From: Octopus bimaculoides
Taxonomy: Eukaryota
DNA length: 64,000 bases
Assembly (NCBI RefSeq): GCF_001194135.2
Contig: NC_068991.1
Location: forward strand, 42,689,043 to 42,753,042
Direction: 5' to 3'
The position numbers and the translations under genes were made by a program. Position 1 is the first letter of the stretch, and each line of letters begins with the position of its first letter. The notes under the pieces were generated by a model. It saw only the letters and a list, made by a program, of their open reading frames with translations. It was not told where the DNA came from and searched no databases. Shown here one piece after another: positions 38,501 to 50,290 of this stretch.

Positions 38501-39382
38501 AAAATAACTGGAAACGCTCTCTGTGAGACAAGCCTGTTGTAGATCAGGCTTCTACAACTAGAGACCGCTTGATGCAACCCTCAGACATCAATCTGCCAAC
38601 CAGCAGCATCAGGTGAGGTCGTACTGCCACGTGGTATGTCTTTCCTTTGCAGTGCTTCTCTCATTTCTCGATTTTTGCAATGGCTGAAATGAAGGAACAG
38701 TGTGCTTCTATGAAATTTTGTTTTCTGGTGGGGAAAACGGCAGTTGAAACAGTTCTCATGCTTCAAACGGCTTACAAGGATGCTGTCAATAGCAAAACAC
38801 AAGTTTACGAGTGGTTTTCACGCTTTAGAAATGGTCACCTGTTGCTTGAAGACCATCTTCATTCAGAGCAACTGTCGACCTCCCAAACAAATGAAAACAT
38901 TATGAAGATTCATGAACTGATCTTGGAGGAGCATCACCAAACAATTGACAAACTTGTTGATATGATTGGTGGGTCCTGGAGCTCCTGCCAACGAATTTTG
39001 TGCAAGGAATTGTGAATGAAAAGAGTTGCAGCAAAATTTGTGCCCTGCTTGCTCACAGAAGATCACGACTGAATGCGGGTGATGAATTGAAAGAACAGTT
39101 GAAAGTTGATCTGGACATTTTTCGAAGGTCATCACTGGTGATGGAAGCTGGTGCTATGAAATTTTCAAATGTGGAAGAGGTGAAGAAAAAAAATGATGGA
39201 GGTGTTAAAAGGCATCACTTCACAAGAGTTCCAACACTGCTTCCAACAGTGGAAAACACATCTGGACTGATGCATTGCTTCAAATGGAGAATACTTTGAA
39301 GGTGAGAAAAGTGTAAACATTTAAAACTAAGTGAATAAAATAACATTGCAAAATTCCAGTTTCTTTTGGGTACCACCTTGTA
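38501..39382 (+). mobile_element. Mariner remnant 2 (internally deleted, catalytic core missing)
   Basis: ORF 38647..39015 has the helix-turn-helix region EQCASMKFCFLVGKTAVET..YEWFSRFRNG, then KRVAAKFVP and the C-terminal QQWKTHLD*CIASNGEYFEG. Right TIR ccagtttcttttgggtaccaccttg is followed by TA. Confidence 0.88.
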
Positions 39383-39538
39383 TGTATATATATATATATA
39401 TGATGATGATGATGATTTGATATTTTTTTGAAATGCTTTCACACATAAACACAAATTCAAATTAGTTTAACCAATGGGCATAAATATTTATAACATTCAT
39501 ATATCTACTTTTATATACATATGGATATATATATATAT

Positions 39539-39661
39539 AAAATAGAATTATATATATATATATATCATCATCATCATCATCATCATCGTTTAACGTCCGC
39601 TAGCATGGAAAGCGGACGTTAAACGATGATGATGATATATATAGATATATAATTCTATTTT
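39539..39661. repeat. ~120-bp palindrome built from two RTE tail tips plus mirrored flank
   Basis: aaaatagaatta(ta)n(atc)8gtttaacgtccgct | agcatggaa | agcggacgttaaac(gat)4...taattctatttt. Confidence 0.9.
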
Positions 39662-41177
39662 TCATTTTTACCTTTATTTTATACTTTATTATATTTAAAC
39701 TAATCCATTAAGACTCACACATACACTAAATAATAAAAACAATTTTGTATATTCAGTCTGTTGGAAAGAACAAATTGTTCACCATGTAATTCTTAAATGT
39801 CTAATATTTCCCTGATGATATTTTGCTCATAACTTATAAATCCAAATTTATTACATAAATTTGTAATTTATTAATTGGGTATTAATTGAAACAATTGTAT
39901 GAATGATTATCAATAAGTTAATAAGTTAATTATTAACCATTAATTCTCCATTTTTACTTGCTTGTAAATATCCAATTTTTTCCCTAATACCCCATTTGTA
40001 TTCCCCCTTATTATATCTTATTTTACTTTACTTTATTTTATTAAACCTTTTTTTGATGTCCTTACAAAAATTCTTTACAGTGATAAAAATGACAATGCAT
40101 AAATTTAATTATAATTACTATGGTTATAAATTTTGTTTTACATATTTGCATTGTTCTTTGAAACGCGCGTATGCATTGAATCCTATTTTGTATTAGATTT
40201 AATTTTGCTGTAACATCATTTTCTCCTCCATTTTTCTATAATTGTTTATGGTATATTTATACCTATAATGATATTTTTCAACTACTATTTTCCTATTCTT
40301 GCTACTTGCTCTGGCTGTCTTTTATGACTATGATGAATCTTTATTGGAAATCATTCTTTCTCTCTTTTTGGACATCTTAAANNNNNNNNNNNNNNNNNNN
40401 NNNNNNNNNNNNNNNNNNNNNNNNNNNNNNNNNNNNNNNNNNNNNNNNNNNNNNNNNNNNNNNNNNNNNNNNNNNNNNNNNNNNNNNNNNNNNNNNNNNN
40501 NNNNNNNNNNNNNNNNNNNNNNNNNNNNNNNNNNNNNNNNNNNNNNNNNNNNNATATATATATATATATATACACACATTTGTGTATAATGTATATATGT
40601 ATACACTATACACACATACACATATATAAATAGAGAGAGGGAGCAGAACAGATAGACAACGAATGATATGGGTGAGAGCAGAAGCTATTTTTTACTAATA
40701 TTCCTGAAACTACAGGTGTGCTCTGGTCTATGTGTACGTTTGTGAGTGCATTGGTGTGTGTGGTTGTGTGTGAGTGTGGAGTGTGTGTGTGTGTGAGTGT
40801 GTGTGGAATGTGTTTGTGGGGGAGAGTGTATGCAAGGGGTAGTAGTGGCAGGGTGTGAGTGTGTGTATGTCTCTGTGTGTGTATATTAATGCAAAATTCC
40901 TCAACTGATAAGCCAAAGCACAACTATCTTATCTACTTATTGATTGATTGATAGGGACATAATGATCACAGCACCACTGCAGGTTTGAACTTATGACCTA
41001 CACTTCGGCTCTCATGTATAGTAGCAATCAATAATTTTAGCTCTTAAATCAGCCAGCTGTTCTGGAAAACACCCTCATATCAGATCTCTTCCTCACCTCT
41101 CTCTCTTCCTCTCTCTTTCTTCTGCTCTCTCTCCCTCTCTTTCTTCCTCTCTCTCTCTACCAATATATATATATATA

Positions 41178-41320
41178 CAGGGAGAATTCACAAAAAAAAA
41201 CAAAAGACAAAGACAAGTGGTGTAGAAAACAAATAGATGTATTAGTATAACGCTTGGGAATTGAAAAAGTCTTTAACATTTCGAGCCTACGCTCTTCCAC
41301 AGAAAAGAACACAGAAAGAA
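41178..41320 (-). mobile_element. Putative PLE terminal-repeat-like sequence with a hammerhead-like motif (U6 variant)
   Basis: Reverse complement of 41269-41310 is GTTCTTTT-CTGTGGA-A-GAGC(GTAG)GCTC-GAAA-TGTT-AAAGAC. The tail is homologous to 49420-49512. Confidence 0.6.
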
Positions 41321-41408
41321 ACAAGGAGTGAAAAAAATGTGTGTAGTGGTTAGCGATCTATCATGGTGAATGCCAGACAAAAGGGTCACACGGGAGAGTT
41401 AAGAAGAA

Positions 41409-41632
41409 GGGGATATGGCATAGTGGTTAAGAGCACAGGCTACTAACCCCAAAATTCCGAGTTCAATTCCAGGCAGTGACCTGAATAATAATAATAACAT
41501 CAAAAAATACCTTAGGAATGAGAACCCAGGTTTGAAATTTCCCCAAGACACCTGATGAAGGCTGGAGGGTATATCAGCCAAAGCGTTGTGTTAACAACAA
41601 ACAAGACAAAGACAAATGTTCATCAAATGTAA
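41409..41632 (+). mobile_element. tRNA-head plus hammerhead element (copy 2)
   Basis: Colinear with 10345-10630 but with a shorter TAA spacer. Motif GACAC-CTGATGA-A-GGCTG..CAGCC-AAAG-CGTT-GTGTT at 41547-41592. Confidence 0.8.
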
Positions 41633-41699
41633 AAAGCTTCCTTTTTTAGCTTTCTGATATGATTCTTTGATACCCACTCTTTTCTATTCTTTCTAGATC

Positions 41700-41985
41700 C
41701 ATCTCTTCTCTTTTATGGCCCTGTCAATGTCACTGTTTCACCACCATGTCACCCTTGGTCTGGCAAATGCTTTAGTCCAGCCACAGATTTGGTCTGTTGC
41801 CCTCAGTAGATTGTCCTGCAGGAACTTCCAGTTGTCCTCTGTATCATATGTCTCTACCTCTTCCTCCTCATCAAATGCTTCATTAAGAACATCTCCAAAT
41901 TTCTGTCTATCTGAAGGATCCTTGAACTTCCAGAACCTCATTTTCCATACCAGCTTGCATCTCTGGATCCTTCTCTCTTTAAGCT
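41700..41985 (-). mobile_element. RTE LINE linker fragment
   Basis: ORF 41738..41941: RFWKFKDPSDRQKF..DNWKFLQDNLLRATDQICGWTK..RVTWW. Confidence 0.85.
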
Positions 41986-42119
41986 TATTTATTATCCACT
42001 AAAGGATAATACATATATATATACAAATATATGTGCATGAGGTGGGAGGCTTACAGCTTATAGCTATCTGTTACATGTACTAGTATGAAAATGTCCTCTG
42101 TCTTCTGCTAGATCATCCT

Positions 42120-42385
42120 ACCAGGGCTTTACTCTGATTCAATGCAGCAGCTGTTGGCTGGAAAAGGCCTAGTGGCAGCTCCCACACCAGATAGCTGGAT
42201 GTGATTGGGGAAGATCTCCAGAAGCTTGATGCCACCCCGGAGGATGCAGTTGGGCTGGCACAGGACTGCCAGCAATGGAAAGCAATGGTGGACCTTGTCA
42301 GGTCTATGCATGATGACATCTCTGGGTCCTCTAACTTGGGATGACCCCAGCCCCATCAAGCAAGAGCATGAAGCAAGCAAACAAA
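42120..42385 (+). mobile_element. C-terminus of a second RTE-like LINE family
   Basis: GWKRPSGSSHTR*LDVIGEDLQKL..EDAVGLAQDCQQWKAMV resembles the RP.GRP..RW.D...DL C-terminal motif. Confidence 0.6.
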
Positions 42386-42407
42386 ACATATGTATACATG
42401 TATAGAT

Positions 42408-42448
<41 letters not shown>

Positions 42449-42597
42449 CAATTTAACAAATAAACAATTCAAAAAACAAATAAAAAAATGAAGAGAGAAA
42501 AAATGAAAAGAAATAAAAAGAGAAAGAAAATGAACATGAGGACATGCACAAGAATGATATTAGTTTGATGCTTGGTGAAAGGAGAGAATTGTGTGTA

Positions 42598-42631
<34 letters not shown>

Positions 42632-43904
42632 CTTAAGTGCTACCAGCTGTATCCAGAAGAAAAAAGAGAAATGCTTCCTGGATGAAACAGAAACAGTAAT
42701 GTTGATGAGCGTGTGTTTGAGCATCATCATCATCATCATCATCGTTTAACATCCACCTTCCATGCTGGCGTGTATACGCACACACACACACACACATACA
42801 AACACACACACACATACAAACACACACACACATACAAACACACACACACATACAAACACACACACACATACAAACACACACAAATGCACATACATATATA
42901 CATACATAGATATTTACATATTTACACACACACAGATAGACACACATGCACACACATATACAACATACATATATATCAATATAATTCATACACCCAAGCA
43001 CATGCACTTACACACATACATATAGAAACATATACACATACACACACATATGTAAAGTGGTTGACAAAGGAGAGTAGACATGATGTCAAGAGGACTCTTT
43101 AGCCTTGTAATAAACATAGGAATCATTCTAGTGCTGTTGCCATGATAAAATACACAGAGTTCCTTTTGTAAAGTGGTTGGTGATGGGAAGGGCAACCAGC
43201 TAAAGAAACCAAAAACCTAAAGGAAATGTAGAAATGAGACTTTGCTCCTTAATCCATTTAGGAGAGAAGTGGCTTCAAACAAGTGAATCAGTTTGTGGAC
43301 AACCACTCCCAGCCATACCAACATTAAAAGAGGACATAAAGTGATGATAATAATAATGATGATGTTGATGAGGAGGAGGATGATGAGGTTGACGATGGTA
43401 ATAATGAGGATGATGATCATATAGATTGGTGAAAACTAATGTTGTCAAAAGCCAATGGGATAGCATCATTGTGATACCTCTTCTTGTTAAGACACAGCAG
43501 TCAAATCTTGATTTCCTTATTGAGGAAAAAAAAAGGAAAAAAATCCAACATATTGATTGATTTAATGTGTTGATTGAACAATCAACCAGTTGTTAGTTTT
43601 CTCTATCAGAGACTGTTTGTCACTATTCACAACCCCATCAATATAAACTATAAGATTAAACAGAGATTTGACATCAAGCAGCTGACTTTGTAGAAGCCCT
43701 CAAAATTATTCACCATATTTTCAACAACAATTTTGACTACCATTTTGAGTTTAATAGTTCTATCATCCATGAATACACTTATTAATCAAATAACAGTGTA
43801 GTACCCATGACTTCTCAAAACATTCTTCTTATATATGACATATATATTTTTGCCTTTTGGTTGAAAAGTTTCTAATAAGCCACCCTTATTATTTATATAT
43901 ATAT

Positions 43905-44205
43905 ATATATGCGAGGTCGTTGCCAGTGCCATTGGACTGGCTCCTGTGCAGGTGGCATGTAAAAAACATCTTTTTGAGTGTGGCCATTACCACTACTGTG
44001 TGATTGGCCCTCGTGCTGGTGGCACGTAAAAGCACCCACTACACTCTCGGAGTGGTTGGCGTTAGGAAGGGCATCCAGCTGTAGCAACCCTGCCAGATCA
44101 GATTGAAGCTTGGTGCAGCCTTCTGGCTTGCCAGTCCTCAGTCAAATCGTCCAACCCATGCTAGCATGGAAAGCGGACATTAAACAATGATGATGATGAT
44201 GATGA
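43905..44205 (+). mobile_element. RTE 3' UTR copy with (GAT)n tail
   Basis: Reverse complement of the 18830-19130 sequence, nearly identical to it. Confidence 0.85.
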
Positions 44206-44369
44206 TATATATATATATCTGTGTGTGTGTGCCTTTGTATTTGTCACCCACCGCTGCTTGACAACTGGTGTTGGTTTGCTTAGATCCCTGTAACTTAGCA
44301 AAAAGAAACCAACAGAATAAGTACAAGGCTTAAAAAAAAAAAAAGAAACTGAAACAGATAAAGAATTAA

Positions 44370-44700
44370 TGCTGAAAGATGCTTAGAATTGTTGAAGCTT
44401 GGAATAAACAACTTATGCCAGTTGTTAGCTATCAGGACACTGTATCCTTCAAAAGTTCCATGCTTCCCCATATTTTTCAACACTACTCCTGATGAACCTC
44501 TGCACCATTCTTCTTTATGGCTCTTTTATTATTCACTTTTCTGTTCTTTTGTGTTTTATTTTATGTGCTGTGCATGTACTTTAGGCTATCAATGCTTTCT
44601 TTCTTTACTTGACTTATTGTTGTTTTCTGACTGCTTTCTTTATCCTTTTCCAATGAGTTTTAGTGCACTTGAGCACTATATACAATAAGCTCATTACTAC
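44370..44700 (+). mobile_element. CR1-like LINE 3' end
   Basis: RIVEAWNK..PVVSYQDTVSFKS resembles the CR1 C-terminal R.V..WN.LP..VV....FK motif. Confidence 0.45.
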
Positions 44701-44889
44701 TATAATTGTTTCAAATTTGGTGGCAGGCTAGCAATTTTAAGAGGAGTGTACTAGTTGATTATATTGATTCTATTGACTTCATTAACTGGAACCTATTTTA
44801 TCAATCCTGAAAAGGTGAAAGGCAAAGTCAACCTTGGTGGCAGAATTCGAAGTTGGAATGATCTTCAAATGTTTGATCTTTGGATGTTG

Positions 44890-45305
44890 AGTCTCACAGA
44901 GGTGATGACAAGAGACCAAAACTTTTGGCAATTTGCTGTGTTTGAGAAAACACATCAAGCAAAGAGATATTGTAGTTACAGCCAGTGTCAGTAACATGTG
45001 ACAGGCACTCATATTAGTGACATATAAAAGACACTCATACCGGTGACATTTAAAAGGCACCTGTGCCGGTGACATGTAAAAGGCACCTGTGCCGGTGACA
45101 AGTAAATGGCACCCATGCCAGTGATATGTAAGAGGCACCTAGTACACTCTGTGGAGTGGCTGACATTAGGAAGGGCATCCAGCTGTAGAAACCAAGCCAA
45201 AACAGACAAACGGAGCCCAGTGCAGCTCTCCAGTTTATCAACTCCAGTCAAAATGTCTTACCCATGCTAGCATAAAAAATGGACACTAAATGATGATGAT
45301 GATGA
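44890..45305 (+). mobile_element. RTE 3' end with ~6x 26-bp tandem repeat (ggcacctgtgccggtgacatgtaaaa)
   Basis: Starts with the RTE C-terminal ..agagaccaaaacttttggcaatttgctgtg, array at ~44985-45140, GAT tail. Confidence 0.8.
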
Positions 45306-46149
45306 ATGTAAAGAGCTTAGAAGAAATGCTCTCCAAACATTTTGTCCAATATACTAATGATTCTACCAGCTTGCCTATTATTATAATGAAAAATATTCAA
45401 CTATTCTAAAGCCCATATGAAATTAATAACTCCTCCTTCATCTGTCTTTCTGAATTATGATGCTTGAGGTGGGTGGGAAAGGGTTACACTCTTGCAGCCT
45501 TCACTTGTTCCACCCGAGTTTTCTTCCATGTTCTCTTTTATTCTTGGCCATATTACTCAGAGAATTTGGCAGCTCCTCCCCCTCCTCTTCCCTATTACTC
45601 TATACACAACCCCTGTAACTTCTCCCAATACCTCACACACCTCTTTGTCAGTCATTTAATCTCTCTCATTTTCCATTTCTCTCCACATATGTGTATGTAT
45701 ATGTGTGTTTATGCATCTCAATGTTTGTGTATATGTGTATGTTTATGTTAATTTCTTGTGGTATTTACTTCCTAAAATGAGATAACATTAGCACTTGAGG
45801 TACCTGGGATGGTATAGTTGACTAAAACCCTTAAGGATGGCGCCACATCATGGTTGCAGAGAGTAACTGAAATCCATACAAGAATAAAGGAGTTCATATA
45901 TGTAAATAGAGTCAGACTAGACATTGATAAAGACAAACTATAGTAATTTGAGGAGCTGGCTGAGTTGAAATATTAGCATACTTAGTATTGTGTGAATTTG
46001 TAAATACATGCTTCAAAGTTTCACATACTTGGGTAAAATACTAATTATATAAACAATGTTTCTCTCACTCTCTTACACACGCACATACATACATGCACTT
46101 GCATACATGAATATATGCATTTATGCACATGTGAACACACACGCATATA

Positions 46150-46585
46150 TAGGTGCAGGTTCCCAACCATATGGTTCTGGGTTCATTCCTGCTGCATGGC
46201 ACCTTGGGTGTCTTCCACTATAGCCTCAGACTGACCAAAGCCTTGTGAGTGGATTTGGTAGATGGAAACCGAAAGAAACCCATCATATCTATCTAGCTGT
46301 CTGTCTGTCTGTCTGTGGGCGTGTGTGTGTGCATGTGTGTGTGTATGCGTGTGTGTGCATGCATGCATGCATAAGTGTGTTTCTGTCTTTGTGTCTGCAT
46401 TTGTCCCCCTCTCCACCACTTGACAACTGGTGTTGGTGTGTTTATGTGCCCATAACTTAGTGGTTCAGCAAAAGAGACCAATTGAATAAGCACCATGCTT
46501 AAAAAAATAAAATACTGGGGCTAATTGATTCAACAAAAAATTCTTCATGGCTGCAGTCTAATTATTGAAACAAGTAAAAGATCTC
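46150..46585 (+). mobile_element. SINE family B copy
   Basis: Family B head, body and tail motifs. Confidence 0.8.
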
Positions 46586-46997
46586 ATTGTGTCTAGGTAG
46601 GGTCATTATGCTAATAAAGATTAAAATAAACATATGCACTCGTTCAATACCACTTCTTTAATATACCAACTAACTACCCAATGATTTGTTTAATGTGTTA
46701 ATTGAACAATCAGTCAGTTGTTAGTTTACTTTGTCAGAGACCTTTCATCACTATTCATGACCTTATCAATGATATGCCCTCACTCTCCAGGATCTGTGTT
46801 TAGTCTGTCTGAGAACTAGACTCATGCCTATGTGTGTATGTATGTATGTGTGAATGTAGATGCGTGAGTGTTTACTAGTAGGAGTGATCTGTTGCTTTGA
46901 CACATGCAGACAGGAAAAGATGAATGTTAAGACATTAATCAACATGATTATGATGCATACATACATACATACATACATACATACATACATACATACA

Positions 46998-47028
<31 letters not shown>

Positions 47029-47048
47029 GTACGTACGTATGTAGATAT

Positions 47049-47084
<36 letters not shown>

Positions 47085-47087
<3 letters not shown>

Positions 47088-47251
47088 GGCATGGCTGTAT
47101 GCTGGTAAGAAGCATGCTTCTCAACTGCATGGTTCCACATTCAGTCCCGCTGTATAGCACCTTGGGCAAGTGTTCTCCACTACAGCCTCAGACCAATCAT
47201 AGCCTTGTCTTGTGAATGGATTTGGTAGACAGAAACTGATGGAAACCTATC

Positions 47252-47321
<70 letters not shown>

Positions 47322-47780
47322 ATGTGTGTGTGTCTTTGTGTAATATATTTGTCCATGTGATGGTGTGTATCTTAGTGGTTAGAGTGTTGGATTCATGATC
47401 ATAAGTTTGTGGTTTCAATTCCTGTGTGTGTTCATGATCTTGAGTAAAGCACTTCATTTCACATTGCTCCATCCAATCAGTTAGCAAAAGGGAGTAATCC
47501 TGTGAGAGACTGGTGTCCCATCTAGGTGGAGAATATATATATGCTATGAAACCAGAAAACTGGCCTTTATGAATCAGCATGACTGGAGAAGATTTTTTTT
47601 CTGTGTTTGTCCCCACCACTGCTTGACAACCAGCCTTGGTGTGTTTATGTCCTCGTAACTTAGTGATCTGTCAAAAGAGACTGATAGAGTAAGTACCAGG
47701 CATAAAAAGAAAGTACTGGGGTCGATTCATTCAACTAAAATTTCTTCAAGGTGGTGCCCTAGCATGGCTGCAGTCAAAGA
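47085..47780 (+). mobile_element. SINE family B copy interrupted by a family E 5' fragment (~47355-47585)
   Basis: B head at 47085; E-like gatggtgtgtatcttagtggttagagtgttgg insert; B body resumes at ~47600. Confidence 0.65.
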
Positions 47781-47799
47781 TACATATATAAAAAGCATC

Positions 47800-48050
47800 C
47801 AGTCCATACTGTAAGGGGGTTGGCATTTGGAAGGGCATCCAGCTGTAAAAATCATGTCAAAACTAACCTTACCTGTGTTAGCGCCACGCAAAAAGCACTG
47901 AGTACACTCTGCAGAGTAGTTGGTGTTAGGAAAGGTATCCAGCTGTAAAAACCCTGCCAAAACAGACAGAGTAGTATAGCGGAGTTTTTCTACCTGGCCA
48001 GCTCCTATGAACCATCCTGCCCATGCATGCATGGAAGATGGACGTTAAAC

Positions 48051-48080
<30 letters not shown>
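47800..48080 (+). mobile_element. RTE 3' UTR copy with (GAT)n tail
   Basis: Same tail motifs as at 9010-9322. Confidence 0.8.
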
Positions 48081-48114
<34 letters not shown>

Positions 48115-48874
48115 NNNNNNNNNNNNNNNNNNNNNNNNNNNNNNNNNNNNNNNNNNNNNNNNNNNNNNNNNNNNNNNNNNNNNNNNNNNNNNNNNNNNNN
48201 NNNNNNNNNNNNNNNNNNNNNNNNNNNNNNNNNNNNNNNNNNNNNNNNNNNNNNNNNNNNNNNNNNNNNNNNNNNNNNNNNNNNNNNNNNNNNNNNNNNN
48301 NNNNNNNNNNNNNNNNNNNNNNNNNNNNNNNNNNNNNNNNNNNNNNNNNNNNNNNNNNNNNNNNNNNNNNNNNNNNNNNNNNNNNNNNNNNNNNNNNNNN
48401 NNNNNNNNNNNNNNNNNNNNNNNNNNNNNNNNNNNNNNNNNNNNNNNNNNNNNNNNNNNNNNNNNNNNNNNNNNNNNNNNNNNNNNNNNNNNNNNNNNNN
48501 NNNNNNNNNNNNNNNNNNNNNNNNNNNNNNNNNNNNNNNNNNNNNNNNNNNNNNNNNNNNNNNNNNNNNNNNNNNNNNNNNNNNNNNNNNNNNNNNNNNN
48601 NNNNNNNNNNNNNNNNNNNNNNNNNNNNNNNNNNNNNNNNNNNNNNNNNNNNNNNNNNNNNNNNNNNNNNNNNNNNNNNNNNNNNNNNNNNNNNNNNNNN
48701 NNNNNNNNNNNNNNNNNNNNNNNNNNNNNNNNNNNNNNNNNNNNNNNNNNNNNNNNNNNNNNNNNNNNNNNNNNNNNNNNNNNNNNNNNNNNNNNNNNNN
48801 NNNNNNNNNNNNNNNNNNNNNNNNNNNNNNNNNNNNNNNNNNNNNNNNNNNNNNNNNNNNNNNNNNNNNNNNNN

Positions 48875-48910
<36 letters not shown>

Positions 48911-48992
48911 GCTAATAAGCCACCCTTTTTAATTTATTATATATATTTATATATAATAATAGATAGATAGATAGATATGTAAATATGTACAT

Positions 48993-49042
<50 letters not shown>

Positions 49043-49271
49043 AGACAAATATTCATATATAATACTTATACAAAAATACTAAAACACAAATGCACATATC
49101 ATATAACATGTACACAGACACACACACACATGCATGTATGTATGTATGTATGTATGTATGTATGTATGCATGTATGTATGTATGCATGCATGCATGCATG
49201 CGTGCATGCATGTATGCATGCATGTATGTATGTACGTATATCCATATCTATCTATCTATCTATCTACCTAC

Positions 49272-49345
<74 letters not shown>

Positions 49346-49384
49346 ATACATACATACACTCTCACACCATTTTTTTCCTCTTAA

Positions 49385-49512
49385 CCCTTTCTGTCAAAGA
49401 GCGTAGACTTGAAACATAAAAGACCTTAGCATTTTTCCTGAGTGTTAAAATAATACACCCGCTTGTTGTTCCTACACCTGCCTTCATCTTTTGCTTTCTG
49501 TAAATTTAAACT
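49385..49512 (+). mobile_element. Putative PLE terminal-repeat-like sequence with a decayed U6-variant hammerhead-like motif
   Basis: CCCTTT-CTGTCAA-A-GAGC(GTAG)ACTT-GAAA-CATA-AAAGAC at 49385-49424; tail homologous to the reverse complement of 41178-41268. Confidence 0.55.
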
Positions 49513-49552
49513 ACAAACATACATGCATACATACACACACATACATACATAC

Positions 49553-49584
<32 letters not shown>

Positions 49585-50019
49585 TGCTTTACATGCATTT
49601 TTGATCAAATCTTCTGCAAGTTAACATGGGATCCCTTGATGACAATGTAAACTTCATTTGACTAAGGTATCATTGGCCTGATAAATAGCTAGTGGAGTAC
49701 CCCTCATTTGGGTAATTACTACTTCTGAGGTTCTGCTAACTATGAAACATATGTAGCCTGGATTTTATCTACTCCATTTCCAAAATTTGGATATACCATG
49801 TCCTTGTGTTGTTTTTTCTTGTTTTTTCTTCTTTGTTTGGATTCACTATATATATATATATTCTCAGGATTAAATAAAAAGACAAGAAATGGAAAATATA
49901 ACATACCTATATATATAATTAAAAAAATATCTAGTAAATACACAAATAAGCATATGCTAAATACACTGGCAAACAGAAAACACAGAAGGTCACCGATTCT
50001 TCATATATATATATTACTC

Positions 50020-50290
50020 TTTACTCTTTAACTTGTTTCAGTCATTTGACTGCGGCCATGCTGGAGCACCGCCTTTAGTCGAACAAATCGACCCCAGGAC
50101 TTATATACCCAACATTGCTTGACAACCGATGCTGGTGTGTTTATGTCCCCGTAACTTAGCAGTTCGGCATAAGAGACCGATAGAATAAGTACTAGGCTTC
50201 CAAAGAACAAGTCCTGGGGTCGATTTGCTCGACTAAAGGCGGTGCTCCAGTATGGCCACAGTCACATGACTGAAACAAGTAAAAGAGTAA
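50020..50290 (-). mobile_element. Two overlapping SINE family B 3' halves in opposite orientations
   Basis: Minus-strand tail at 50020-50105, then the plus-strand body and tail at 50110-50295. Confidence 0.7.

Noticed and set aside
44985-45140. CRISPR-like appearance of the short repeat arrays (also 15478-15715 and 23768-23853)
   Set aside because: The units are contiguous with no unique spacers, the context is eukaryotic, and there are no cas genes.
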